Sequence record: SRR31156797_10951
Length of the DNA: 39,276 bases
Strand: one strand, 5' to 3'
The position numbers were made by a program, and so were the translations under genes. The notes beneath the pieces were generated by a model. That model saw nothing but the letters and a program-made list of their open reading frames with translations. It searched no databases and was not told where the DNA came from. Positions 27,211 to 36,894 of this stretch are shown piece by piece. Position 1 is the stretch's first letter. Every line of letters begins with the position of its first letter.

Positions 27211-27228
27211 ACCGACAAGGAGTGTGCC

Positions 27229-27657
27229 GTGTACAGAATAAGAGTGAAATTTGTTTTGGCTTTGATTGCTGTTGGTATTTTGACCATGGGATGCGCCAAG
27301 CAGGAAGGCGGCGAAGATGTTTTGGTTCAACTGACCGACAAGGTATGGGTTGCGGAGTATATACTCGGTAAGCCTGTTATCGACATGACACATTCTTCCA
27401 TTGAGTTCGGGGAAGATGGTACGGTGAGGGGTCTGGGTGGTTGTAACTCTTATCACGGCTCATATACCCTTGAAGGCGATGTGGTTTCTTTTGGTCCTAT
27501 GGCAGCAACCATGCGTGCCTGCGTGGAAGCCATCAGTGACCAGGAAATGCGCTTTTTTCAATCGTTGGCGCAACCGCAGACAGTGAAGTTTAAGAACGGC
27601 TTATTGTTGTTGATTGCGCAGGACGGCAAAATTTCCAAATTCGCTGTACAGGATTGA
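27229..27657 (+). CDS. META-domain (HslJ-like) lipoprotein
   Basis: Lipobox LTMGC, GLGGCN and FGPMAATMRAC. GTG start with AAGGAG SD. Confidence 0.88.
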   Translation: MYRIRVKFVLALIAVGILTMGCAKQEGGEDVLVQLTDKVWVAEYILGKPVIDMTHSSIEFGEDGTVRGLGGCNSYHGSYTLEGDVVSFGPMAATMRACVEAISDQEMRFFQSLAQPQTVKFKNGLLLLIAQDGKISKFAVQD

Positions 27658-28916
27658 TGACTCAACGTTTAGTTATAGCTTTTGTCCTGTGTATGGTGAT
27701 GGTCATGCCGGGCATGCAGCCATCGGCTACGGCCTTCAAGATGGTGCAGGATACCTCAGACCCCCACGAAGGACCGCGGCTTCTTGTTATTCCGTTTGGA
27801 TTCAAGACCGAAGCGTCTGGTGCGGGGTTGGGCATTGGCGCAACGTATAGTGGCTGGCCGCAGAAACAGGCCATTGTAGGCGGTGCCGCGTGGAAAACAT
27901 TTGATAAGACCGATGCCATTTATCTCAACCTGACAGATTTTCAACTCCCCTTTGCCAAACGTCTTTTTGTCATGGTTCACGGATTCGATTCTTCCTATGA
28001 CAACATGGTGTCCTATGCTTCCGGCTCTGGCGGATCGGGGAACAGTTCCGGTGAAAAGGATTTTTACAAGGGACACGGCTGGGACCAATGGGTTGAGGGA
28101 GAGTTGACCTATGTTTTGCCTTGGGGGCCGTTTGGTGATGATCTTATTCATACCTATACCACGAACCGTGGCCTTCTGACCGAAGGCAGCGTGTACAAAG
28201 GGACCTATGATCCCTCAGAAAGCGGGCGCAGTTATTTCAAGATCAAGCCTTATTATCGGCATCGTTGGTATCGGGAGTCGACCCCGAGTAACGGGAGTGT
28301 CGAGACCGGTGGCGTTCGGTTTACTCTTGAATACGACAATACCGATTTTACTTATGATCCGTCTGAAGGCAGCAAAACCATGGTGCGGCTGTATCAGGGG
28401 GTAGATACGGGCAAGAGTGACGCATGGACTGGTGTTGAGTTTGATTTCAGTAAATACTGGGAATTGGGCGAATCGTCATGGTTCACCAAACAGGTGTTGG
28501 CGTTTAATTTTTGGACTGTAGACACCCCCAGTTGGAATGAACGCGATAATGGTTCCGTTACAGGGGCTTCACCGTATTTCATGGGGGCGGCTCTCGGTGG
28601 GTACACCCGTCAGCGCGGTTATCCGTTCTATCGTTTTCACGATAAGGCGGCCATTAACTACGCCGTTGAATACCGTGTCATGCCCAAGTGGAATCCGCTC
28701 GGAACTTTCAATTGGTTTAAGTGGTGGGAAGTGGTTCCTTTTGCCGAAGCCGGTAGAGTGGCCCCTTATTGGAGCCCTCTCGAATTGCATGGCGATATGA
28801 AAGTGTCCGCCGGTGTAGGACTGCGCGTCATGATTCTTAATTCCGTTCTGCGTCTGGATGTGGCCGGAAGCAGCGAAGGCGCCAACGTCTGGGCCATGAT
28901 CAATCAGACATTTTAG
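27654..28916 (+). CDS. Omp85/BamA-TamA superfamily outer-membrane beta-barrel without POTRA domains
   Basis: Signal peptide, alternating beta strands, YDNTD..YDPSEGS, LGGYTRQRGY..RF and C-terminal Phe (INQTF). Confidence 0.75.
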   Translation: MMTQRLVIAFVLCMVMVMPGMQPSATAFKMVQDTSDPHEGPRLLVIPFGFKTEASGAGLGIGATYSGWPQKQAIVGGAAWKTFDKTDAIYLNLTDFQLPFAKRLFVMVHGFDSSYDNMVSYASGSGGSGNSSGEKDFYKGHGWDQWVEGELTYVLPWGPFGDDLIHTYTTNRGLLTEGSVYKGTYDPSESGRSYFKIKPYYRHRWYRESTPSNGSVETGGVRFTLEYDNTDFTYDPSEGSKTMVRLYQGVDTGKSDAWTGVEFDFSKYWELGESSWFTKQVLAFNFWTVDTPSWNERDNGSVTGASPYFMGAALGGYTRQRGYPFYRFHDKAAINYAVEYRVMPKWNPLGTFNWFKWWEVVPFAEAGRVAPYWSPLELHGDMKVSAGVGLRVMILNSVLRLDVAGSSEGANVWAMINQTF

Positions 28917-30010
28917 TTCAACGTTTTTTTTAATCGCATTATCCGTTTATAAGACTGTTCGATTCGTTGTTGCGAAATCGAGCCCTTGTTGACCATCTGT
29001 TTAATGGCGGCATGGGCTTTTTTTACGATGTCAGGGTCGTAACGTAGGTTATTGCCGAAGAGTAGGATGTCGGCTCCGGCTTCAATGGCCAGACGGATGG
29101 CTTCTTCCTGTCCGAATTGTTCGGTGATGGCCTTCATGTTCATGTCGTCTGTGATGACCACTCCGTCGTACCCGAGGTCCGTGCGCAGAATGCCGGTGAT
29201 GATTTTGTGCGACAGGGTGGCAGGGTACTTCGGGTCAAGGTTTGCGTTGAAGATGTGTGCGGTCATGATCATCGTGGGGACGCCTTTGGCGATCAGTTTC
29301 CGATAAGGAATAAGCTCGGCTTTGGTCCATGTGTTGGTGACGTCTGTCACGCCCATGTGGCTATCCGTGCCTGCCGACCCGTGGCCGGGGAAATGTTTGA
29401 GACAGGAAAGAATGCCGCTCCGTTTCAGTTCTCCTGCAAAGAGTTCGGCGCAGCGTGTCACTTTTTGCGGATCAGCAGAAAAGCTTCGTTCCATCGTGCC
29501 GATGGCAGGGGAATTCGGGTTGATGTTGACATCTACCACGGGTGCAAAGTCGAGGTTGAATCCGTTGGCAGACAAAGTTGAGCCGACCATGTACCCCGAG
29601 GTGCGTACTTTGAATTCACCGGATGCACAGATGTTTTGCGCTGAAGGGGTCGTATGAAATCCATATTCCCTTTTGAGGCGTTGAACTTTTCCGCCTTCCT
29701 GATCCACGGAAACAAAGAGCGGGATGGAGGCGAAAGATTGGAGTTGTCGATTGAGTTTTGTAACCTGATCTGGAGTTTTAACGTTCCGTTCAGGCTTGTC
29801 GAGTTCCACATCATAATCAAAGAGCACCACTCCGCCGAGATGTCGGTCGTGGATATCCTGAACAATGGGACTCTCCTTATCTACAGAATATCCACGGAAA
29901 CCAGCCATGAGCATTTGACCAATCATTGTGTCGAGGTCCGCGCATTGGGCGACAGTGGGGAGCAGGGTGAAAATCAGGGACAGGAAAGCAAGGGACAGGC
30001 GTCGTAACAT
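28913..30010 (-). CDS. nagZ: GH3 beta-N-acetylhexosaminidase (NagZ-like) with signal peptide
   Basis: Motifs DQEGGKVQR, KHFPGHGSAGTDSH and ITDD. GGAG SD before MLRRLSLAFL. Confidence 0.88.
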   Translation of the reverse strand: MLRRLSLAFLSLIFTLLPTVAQCADLDTMIGQMLMAGFRGYSVDKESPIVQDIHDRHLGGVVLFDYDVELDKPERNVKTPDQVTKLNRQLQSFASIPLFVSVDQEGGKVQRLKREYGFHTTPSAQNICASGEFKVRTSGYMVGSTLSANGFNLDFAPVVDVNINPNSPAIGTMERSFSADPQKVTRCAELFAGELKRSGILSCLKHFPGHGSAGTDSHMGVTDVTNTWTKAELIPYRKLIAKGVPTMIMTAHIFNANLDPKYPATLSHKIITGILRTDLGYDGVVITDDMNMKAITEQFGQEEAIRLAIEAGADILLFGNNLRYDPDIVKKAHAAIKQMVNKGSISQQRIEQSYKRIMRLKKTLN

Positions 30011-30109
30011 GGAATCTCCGGTGTGTTTTGGCGACCATAGATTGCGCACGCCATCGGCGCAAGCGGGAAACCGGTTTGCGCGAGGCGATTTTTCCCCTAC
30101 ACTGAAGTC

Positions 30110-31123
30110 ATGCACTCCTCTCCCGCCAATTCAGGTTTCCTTGGCCGTGCATTTCGGCCCGTTTGGATTGATCTCGTTCCATTCATTCGTGGTGAAGATG
30201 TGACTTGGTTATCCCATAACGAAGCAAAACTCTGGACATTGATTCTTGCGTCTCGGCATGTGCCGTATAGGCTTCGTCGACTGTCTGCATCGCGAGGCGA
30301 GGGATATACTGTACAGGTACAGGAATGGTTCGTGGACAGGGCAAAGGGTGAGATCCTGCTCTATTTTGAAGAGAACAAGCCGGATTGGCGGAATGTCACC
30401 TTTGTAGACTTGCGACCTGTCAGTGGCTTGGAGCCGACCATGTATGCGTTGGCTCTGCTTGTACTTTTTTACTGGGTATATAACAGAACATTTCCGAGTC
30501 TGGGTTTGTATTCCGCCCTGTGGACAAAGCTTGGCAGTGCGGATGCTGGGGCCATTCTCTCTGGGGAGTGGTGGCGACTGGCGACTGCGTTGACTTTGCA
30601 CGGCAGTGGTCCGCATGTGGCGGGTAATGCTATTATCGGCGGAGTGTTTATCTGGTTGGCCTCCCGCAGACTTGGGGCTGGGTTGACTTGGCTTTTGACT
30701 TTTGGTGCGGGGATTCTGGGAAATTTGGTTAATTCCATGGTGCTCGGCATTCACCACAATGCCATAGGGTTTTCTACGGCCACCTTTGGTGCTGCGGGAC
30801 TGCTTGCGGCGATTTCTTCATTTCATATGGGAGGCAAGCGATATATTTTAGACAAAGGGCGTGTTCAGCGAATGTTTGACTTTATTCGGTCAGCACTTAT
30901 TCCATTTGGCGCGGGGCTTGGGTTGCTTGCCATGCTTGGGTCTGGTGAAGAAACGGATCTAGGAGCGCATTTGTTCGGTTTTTTATCTGGTCTAGGCCTA
31001 GGCTTGTGTGCAGGGTTCGTGACGACTCGGATTGGTCTGCCGAGCCAGAGAACCGACGGGGTGTTGTATATAATGGCTCTTGCCGTACCGGTGTTTGCGT
31101 GGATGTGGGCATGGGTGACATGA
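30110..31123 (+). CDS. Rhomboid family intramembrane serine protease
   Basis: GEWWRLATALTLH...HVAGN, catalytic GFS and GAHLFG. Confidence 0.9.
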   Translation: MHSSPANSGFLGRAFRPVWIDLVPFIRGEDVTWLSHNEAKLWTLILASRHVPYRLRRLSASRGEGYTVQVQEWFVDRAKGEILLYFEENKPDWRNVTFVDLRPVSGLEPTMYALALLVLFYWVYNRTFPSLGLYSALWTKLGSADAGAILSGEWWRLATALTLHGSGPHVAGNAIIGGVFIWLASRRLGAGLTWLLTFGAGILGNLVNSMVLGIHHNAIGFSTATFGAAGLLAAISSFHMGGKRYILDKGRVQRMFDFIRSALIPFGAGLGLLAMLGSGEETDLGAHLFGFLSGLGLGLCAGFVTTRIGLPSQRTDGVLYIMALAVPVFAWMWAWVT

Positions 31124-31180
31124 GTTCTTGGGTTGTGCTAGAGTTCTCTCCGTCGAAAGTATATAATTCAGGAGTCATAA

Positions 31181-31999
31181 GTGGTTGAGCCTGTTGTTCA
31201 AATAGAGGGACTGACCTATTCCATAGGCGGTGTTCCTATTCTCGAAGATGTTGCACTGCGCATTGAGCGCGGTGATTATTTGGCCGTGCTCGGACCGAAC
31301 GGGGGCGGCAAGTCGACTTTACTCAAACTCATGATTGGTCTGCTCAAACCTGATTCGGGTTCGATCTGTGTTTTGGGTGCGTCTCCCGGTGAAGCTGGCG
31401 GACGTATCGGTTATCTTCCGCAACATACCCATGTGGCACAATCTTTTCCCATTACCGTGTTGGATGCTGTCTGTATGGGGACGGTTCAGCCCGGTTTCGG
31501 CGGTATCGCGGGGTTGTTTCATCCCGGCGAGGCTAAAGACAAGGCTCGTGAGGCTCTTGTTCGCGTTAATATGCAGGATTTCGAATCCCGTAATCTGGCG
31601 CGGTTGTCCGGTGGGCAGAAACAACGTGTATTCATCGCTCGTGCATTGGTGGATCGCCCGGAATTGCTTTTGTTGGATGAGCCCACAGCCAGTGTGGATT
31701 CTGCCAGCAGAAGTTCTCTGCTCAAATTATTGGCAGAATTGAACGAGGAGATGACCGTTATTATGGTCAGCCATGATATTTCGTCCTTGGCGTCAGGGGT
31801 CAAGTCTGTCGCCTGTGTGAACAAGACCCTGCATTTTCATAGTGCACCGGTCCTCACCGGCGATATGTTCAAGATGTCCTATGGCGGCAGTGGTAACGAT
31901 TGCTGTCCTGTTGAACTGGTTACCCATGGGCATGTGCCCCACCGAGTACTTGGTGCCCACGGTCATGATCATGGTTCTGACAAAGGCGAGGATTCATAA
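31181..31999 (+). CDS. znuC: Zn/Mn ABC transporter ATPase
   Basis: GPNGGGKST, LSGGQKQR, LLLDEPT and a His/Cys-rich tail CCPVELVTHGHVPHRV..HGHDH. Confidence 0.88.
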   Translation: MVEPVVQIEGLTYSIGGVPILEDVALRIERGDYLAVLGPNGGGKSTLLKLMIGLLKPDSGSICVLGASPGEAGGRIGYLPQHTHVAQSFPITVLDAVCMGTVQPGFGGIAGLFHPGEAKDKAREALVRVNMQDFESRNLARLSGGQKQRVFIARALVDRPELLLLDEPTASVDSASRSSLLKLLAELNEEMTVIMVSHDISSLASGVKSVACVNKTLHFHSAPVLTGDMFKMSYGGSGNDCCPVELVTHGHVPHRVLGAHGHDHGSDKGEDS

Positions 32000-32799
32000 T
32001 GGATATTCTCGGCTTTGAGTTCATGCAAAACGCTTTGATTGCAGGTCTGCTGGCGAGTGTTATTTGTGGCGTGATAGGTTCACTGGTTGTGGTCAATCGT
32101 ATGGTATTCATTTCCGGCGGTATAGCTCATGCTTCCTACGGTGGGGTCGGGCTGGCCTTCTTGCTTGGTCTGCCCGTGTTGCCAGTGACAACGGCGTTTA
32201 CCGTGTGCATGGCTATGATCATGGCGCTTGTTACCTTGCGAGCGCGAGAACGTGTGGATACCGTCATTGGCGTGATCTGGGCGTCGGGCATGGCTCTCGG
32301 TATTATTTTGCTCGATCTGACTCCCGGATATAATGTGGATTTGATGAGTTATCTTTTCGGTTCCATTCTGGCTGTACCACGACAGGACCTCTGGCTTATG
32401 GCCGGATTGGCTTTGGTGGTTTTCGGGCTGGTGGTGTTCTTTTATCGCGGTTTTCTTGTCATGAGTTTTGACGAGGAATTTGCTCGTTCTCGTGGCGTTC
32501 CCGTAGATTTCCTCTATTGCCTGCTTATCGTCATGGTGGGATTGTGTGTGGTCATGATTATTCGTGTGGTCGGTCTTATCTTGGTTATCGCTCTTTTGAC
32601 TATCCCTCCATTTATGGCGGAACGACGGACTCGGTCTCTGTCTTTGATGATGTTGTTGGCCACGAGCCTGAGTGCGATTTTTACTGTAGCGGGGTTGTGG
32701 TTGTCCTACTCATTGGATATTACTTCAGGCGCGGCGATTATTGCCGTGGCGGCAGTGTGCTTTTTCGTCTCATTGCTTATCCCCCAAAAAACAGGGTAA
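31999..32799 (+). CDS. znuB: Zn/Mn ABC transporter permease
   Basis: Motifs GIAHASYGG, YLFGSIL, FDEEFA and VGLILVIALLTIP. Translationally coupled to znuC. Confidence 0.9.
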   Translation: MDILGFEFMQNALIAGLLASVICGVIGSLVVVNRMVFISGGIAHASYGGVGLAFLLGLPVLPVTTAFTVCMAMIMALVTLRARERVDTVIGVIWASGMALGIILLDLTPGYNVDLMSYLFGSILAVPRQDLWLMAGLALVVFGLVVFFYRGFLVMSFDEEFARSRGVPVDFLYCLLIVMVGLCVVMIIRVVGLILVIALLTIPPFMAERRTRSLSLMMLLATSLSAIFTVAGLWLSYSLDITSGAAIIAVAAVCFFVSLLIPQKTG

Positions 32800-32907
32800 A
32801 CCCCGTGATCAAGGCAATTTTTGCCCCGGAATGGGTTTTGCAAAATAGAGTCAGCCGGTGTACAGGTTTTTCTGGCTGTGACCTCTATTGAAGCCAGAGA
32901 AAGGACA

Positions 32908-33114
32908 ATGAAATTCAAGAATGATATTAAGCAGGAAGGGTACACCCGGTACCGAGGCGCAGTAGACGCTTCAGTGTACGAGTATTTCAATTGTGATTGC
33001 TCGTGGAAGGCTGAGTGGTATCTCAAGGATGGCCATTATCAATGCTGTGGCTGCAAGGAAAAATGTGAAACTAGTGATCCTGAAGGATTTCAAATGTTTC
33101 TCGATTTTGGATAG
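32908..33114 (+). CDS. Small Cys-rich hypothetical protein (68 aa)
   Basis: AAGGA SD before ATG 32908. Contains CDC...CCGCKEKC. Confidence 0.75.
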   Translation: MKFKNDIKQEGYTRYRGAVDASVYEYFNCDCSWKAEWYLKDGHYQCCGCKEKCETSDPEGFQMFLDFG

Positions 33115-33130
33115 ATAATAAGGACGAACA

Positions 33131-33658
33131 ATGCGACGCATCATATTCGCCATCATTGCGACAGTGCTTATGGGACTGACTGCTGGACCTGCCTTGGCCT
33201 CGGAATTCGAGGACATGGACATTTGTTTGGGAAAGGAAGTCTTGGCGCGGGCTTTGTGCAAGGACCCGTTAGAAGTCAATTATGTGGCCAAGGTTCGTGA
33301 TAATATTTATCTTTTTTCGGTGTTCTATGCCAAACAGGAAGCTCGTTTTGTGGTTGGCATTTCCAACGACAAGATTCGGATTCAGGGCAAGGAGTTTTTG
33401 ACACTGACAAGAACTCTTTCTTATGAATTTGATTCCATGTCCAAATGCGGTGTAGTCAGATTTTCTTCATCTGAATGTCCGACCCCTGAGCCAATCGTCT
33501 GTTGTTCGGAAAAAACCGTGGAAGAAAAGTTGGACGAAAAATTCTGGGATCGTCCCATTCCCGATCTACTTGAAGAAGATCTTCGTAGAGCTTTGGAAGT
33601 GGATGCGCCTGTTGAGGGCGAAGTGCCGGGAGATGGTGAAAAGACGCCGAAGCAGTAA
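33131..33658 (+). CDS. Exported hypothetical protein
   Basis: Signal peptide ending ALA, six Cys and an acidic tail. AAGGA SD. Confidence 0.8.
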   Translation: MRRIIFAIIATVLMGLTAGPALASEFEDMDICLGKEVLARALCKDPLEVNYVAKVRDNIYLFSVFYAKQEARFVVGISNDKIRIQGKEFLTLTRTLSYEFDSMSKCGVVRFSSSECPTPEPIVCCSEKTVEEKLDEKFWDRPIPDLLEEDLRRALEVDAPVEGEVPGDGEKTPKQ

Positions 33659-33681
33659 AGAAATATTTTGCGTAAGTTATG

Positions 33682-33711
33682 AAAGCCTCTGTTAAAACGG
33701 AGGCTTTTTTT
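33682..33711. terminator. Intrinsic terminator between convergent genes
   Basis: AAAGCCTCTGT...ACGGAGGCTTT followed by a T-run. Confidence 0.82.
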
Positions 33712-33714
33712 GTG

Positions 33715-34026
33715 TCAGACTTGGCGAAACCAGAAGAGCAGACCGAGCAATCCTACTGTCGGGTACATGGGCCACCATGTTTTGGTGTAGGCACATCCCA
33801 CAGCGACGCCTGCGAGAACGAGTACGTAACCCCATGCTTCAACCATGCGCATGATGGATTGCCATGCGTCTGTCGGGACGCCTTCATGTTGAAAGGTCCG
33901 CAACGGTTTTGGCTGCTGTTGTCCTTGCACCGAGGACCGGTGGGAGGACTGGAGCTTTTTCTTGCATTTGGTGCAATAGAGGGTGTCGTCGGAGTTTTTT
34001 TCTCCGCATTTGGTGCATGTGATCAC
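33715..34026 (-). CDS. Zinc-ribbon domain membrane protein
   Basis: CTKCG-x9-CTKC followed by two C-terminal TM segments. Confidence 0.8.
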   Translation of the reverse strand: MITCTKCGEKNSDDTLYCTKCKKKLQSSHRSSVQGQQQPKPLRTFQHEGVPTDAWQSIMRMVEAWGYVLVLAGVAVGCAYTKTWWPMYPTVGLLGLLFWFRQV

Positions 34027-34175
34027 GCTGTTTATATTGCGTGTCGGCTCGGGAAGGTCAAGTAGGGAATTGTGTGATAGCCAATGGTTTGTCGAGCTTT
34101 CTTAAGATAATATATTTTGCAAAAAACCTAGAGTTGGCTTAGGGTTTGTCCCAATTTAACGAAGATTGAGGGCTA

Positions 34176-35735
34176 TTGAATATCATGACATTATCACCGA
34201 CCAGCGGAAAAGAACGGCCTGATAAAGGGCAACGGCTGACCGCATATCAGAGCAGGCTTCGGGGCTTGAAAGAGCGTTCCGCCTTGCGAGAGGTTCTGGA
34301 GCGGGAGATGCTGCTTGAAATAATAGCCCTTAACAGTAGTGCCATCAGCGAATATCCCATGCTGACTGCGCAGCAGAGTAGTGTGGTCGAACTATTATGC
34401 GGGCGGATTGGTCATCCTGGGTATGAGTTTATTCATACTCACATAGCAGATTTTATAGTCTTGCTTGCTCACTTTGAGAAAGCGGCTATTGCCGGAGATG
34501 CAGAACGGTCATCCGAATTGCAACGACAGCTTTTGAATATTGAGGCTGTTTTGCTCAAATGTGTTCAGGGAATCGTTTACGGTTTGGCTTTGATCACGGA
34601 CAATTTTGAAGAGATTGTGTTGCGATATTTTGGTCAGCAGGCTTTGAAGGAATATAGCTCGCTTATCGAGAACCATGAACTGAACGCGAGCTTCTGGAAT
34701 GCATTCGTTGAACAGTTTATCGCCAGTCGGGTGGCGGAAGCGCACAAAGAAATTCTTGAGGGTGACAAATACGAAATTTCCAAGGAACGAACCTTCTTGG
34801 TTATTCGGTTCCTGTTTGATGATATCCTTTCCAAGCTCAATCCTACAGATCAGATTATTGAAAAGACCCGTATACAGACGAGTTATGTTGCCAGCCGGGA
34901 ACAGCCCGAAGAACAGCAGCGAGCTAGGCTCATTCAGGCGATGCTTGCAAAGGGATTGTCGGAGTTGTCCCAGTTCAAGCAATTGACCGCTGGAGAATTG
35001 CTTCATGCCGCCCGTATTGCTTGCATTGATCCTGTGAGTACGGATTTTGTGACGCAGTATAAGAAGCGAATCGATGAAGCGCGTGCTCAAAAAGAAAATT
35101 CTGGAGAAGGAGCACAACGAGACCCGGAAGAGATTAAATTAGAGCAAGCTCAGTTTAAATTTATTTTGGATCAATTGCTCGGCCTGGGGGTAGGCGCTTC
35201 CATTGCCGTCGGTATGACCGGTGAATATCTTTTCAAAGCTTTGGAGGCGTTTGTTCCCGGTCAGATCAAGGGTATTTTGCCGTTGAAAAAAGATTTTTCC
35301 ATTCCTGTATTGGAGAAACTTCTCTTTTTCTTGTTGGAAAATCACACGATTCATTTGCTCAAGGAAAGAGGGCGTGATGAGGGCGGCAAGATTCAGGTTC
35401 GAAGTGGGCGGGCCAGACGTGTCTCTGCCCAAACCGTGGATGGTTTGGCGGGAATGTCAAAAATTAGGAAGAAGCAGTTGTTCGGGAACGATGTGACCCG
35501 TGAGGATACATTACTTTTCAAGCCTAAGACCGCCAAGCAGATGCTTGATTCCATGTCCATGCTCAGTTTGGAGCCGGAGTTGCAACAGGCGTTGACCGGT
35601 CTGTGGAAGCAGGCTGTGTTTCGGGTGGACATCATGGTTTTGATCAATCTGGAGCTGGTTGCAAAAACGACTACGAACACTTCTGCTAAACTCGCTGAGA
35701 TATTGACCAAATACGGTGTATCAAAGACCGCCTGA
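34176..35735 (+). CDS. Hypothetical protein (about 519 aa, mostly helical)
   Basis: Long ORF with a GAGGG SD and its own terminator. No motif recognised. Start is 34176 (TTG) or 34185 (ATG). Confidence 0.85.
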   Translation: MNIMTLSPTSGKERPDKGQRLTAYQSRLRGLKERSALREVLEREMLLEIIALNSSAISEYPMLTAQQSSVVELLCGRIGHPGYEFIHTHIADFIVLLAHFEKAAIAGDAERSSELQRQLLNIEAVLLKCVQGIVYGLALITDNFEEIVLRYFGQQALKEYSSLIENHELNASFWNAFVEQFIASRVAEAHKEILEGDKYEISKERTFLVIRFLFDDILSKLNPTDQIIEKTRIQTSYVASREQPEEQQRARLIQAMLAKGLSELSQFKQLTAGELLHAARIACIDPVSTDFVTQYKKRIDEARAQKENSGEGAQRDPEEIKLEQAQFKFILDQLLGLGVGASIAVGMTGEYLFKALEAFVPGQIKGILPLKKDFSIPVLEKLLFFLLENHTIHLLKERGRDEGGKIQVRSGRARRVSAQTVDGLAGMSKIRKKQLFGNDVTREDTLLFKPKTAKQMLDSMSMLSLEPELQQALTGLWKQAVFRVDIMVLINLELVAKTTTNTSAKLAEILTKYGVSKTA

Positions 35736-35755
35736 TTATTCTATAAATACGGCAT

Positions 35756-35791
35756 AAAAAAGCCCCCACAGCATTCTGCGGGGGCTTTTTT
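35756..35791. terminator. Bidirectional intrinsic terminator
   Basis: AAAAAAGCCCCCACAG-catt-CTGCGGGGGCTTTTTT. Confidence 0.88.
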
Positions 35792-35800
35792 ATGGTCATA

Positions 35801-36682
35801 TTAACGACGAAAGACGATGGTCTTATTACCGTCTACGATAACCCGGTCTTCAAGGTGCCATTTGACGGCTCGTGCAAGGACATGCCGTTCAATGTCGCCA
35901 CCCAACCGTTTCAGGTCATCCACATCGTGACTGTGAGTGACACGGATCACGTCCTGTTCAATGATAGGCCCTTCGTCCAACTGTGCTGTGACATAGTGGG
36001 CTGTGGCCCCGATGAGTTTCACGCCGCGCTCGTGTGCCCTGCGATAAGGGTCCGCTCCAACAAAGGCGGGCAGAAACGAATGATGAATGTTGATGATTTT
36101 CTTGCTATATTTTGTTGCGAAGTCCGCTGTCAGGATCTGCATGTAGCGAGCGAGGACTATGAGGTCGACGTTTTCTCCCATGAGTTCCATCATGGTGTCT
36201 TCAGCCATTACCTTGTCGCGCAGGGTAGGGCCGACCGGGATGTGGTGAAAGGGAACACCAAAGTGTTCGATAGCCCCTCTCAGGTCCGGGTGATTGGAGA
36301 TGACCATAGCAATATCACATTCAAGGTCGCCTCGTTTCCAGCGCCACAAAAGTTCCATGAGGGCGTGGTCTACTTTGGAACAAAAGATAACCATCTTTTT
36401 GGGCTTCCAGATTGGATTCAAGGTCCAATCCATGACAAATCCGTTGGTGACTTCCTCTTTGAATTCACAGCGCAAATCGTCCAGTCCGTCCATGTCCAGT
36501 CCGGGCAGGAAGAACTCGTTGCGCATGAAGAATCGGCCACCTTCGGGGTCTGTTGAATGCTGGTCCGAGTGGATGATATTGGCGTTTTTCTTGTGAAGAT
36601 ATCCGCTGACAGCAGCAACGATACCCGGTTGGTCCGGGCAGGTAATGAGCAGCCTGACGGTGCTTTCTTTGGATTCAGTCAT
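35801..36682 (-). CDS. purU: Formyltetrahydrofolate deformylase
   Basis: ACT domain CPDQPGIVAAV..FFMR, then VISNH, LARYMQIL, INIHHSFLPAF and GATAHYVT..LDEGPIIEQ. Confidence 0.96.
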   Translation of the reverse strand: MTESKESTVRLLITCPDQPGIVAAVSGYLHKKNANIIHSDQHSTDPEGGRFFMRNEFFLPGLDMDGLDDLRCEFKEEVTNGFVMDWTLNPIWKPKKMVIFCSKVDHALMELLWRWKRGDLECDIAMVISNHPDLRGAIEHFGVPFHHIPVGPTLRDKVMAEDTMMELMGENVDLIVLARYMQILTADFATKYSKKIINIHHSFLPAFVGADPYRRAHERGVKLIGATAHYVTAQLDEGPIIEQDVIRVTHSHDVDDLKRLGGDIERHVLARAVKWHLEDRVIVDGNKTIVFRR

Positions 36683-36894
36683 ATCTGATGCCTTATTTTT
36701 TCCGTATGAAGTTTGGTACTGCGAGGTGGAAGGCCGGAGCAATCACCGCACAATGTTGGGCTGTAACGCAAAATGTGTCCGAATAAAAGTCTTTTCAAAT
36801 GGGCAAATCCGGACTTGTCTGCACTCGATTGCTGCCTTATATGAATTCCTGTACGATCAATACACTTTGCAAGAATGAATAAGGGGAAATATAT

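Noticed and set aside
35792-36556. 254-aa plus-strand ORF opposite purU
   Set aside because: Antisense shadow of purU that starts immediately after a terminator.
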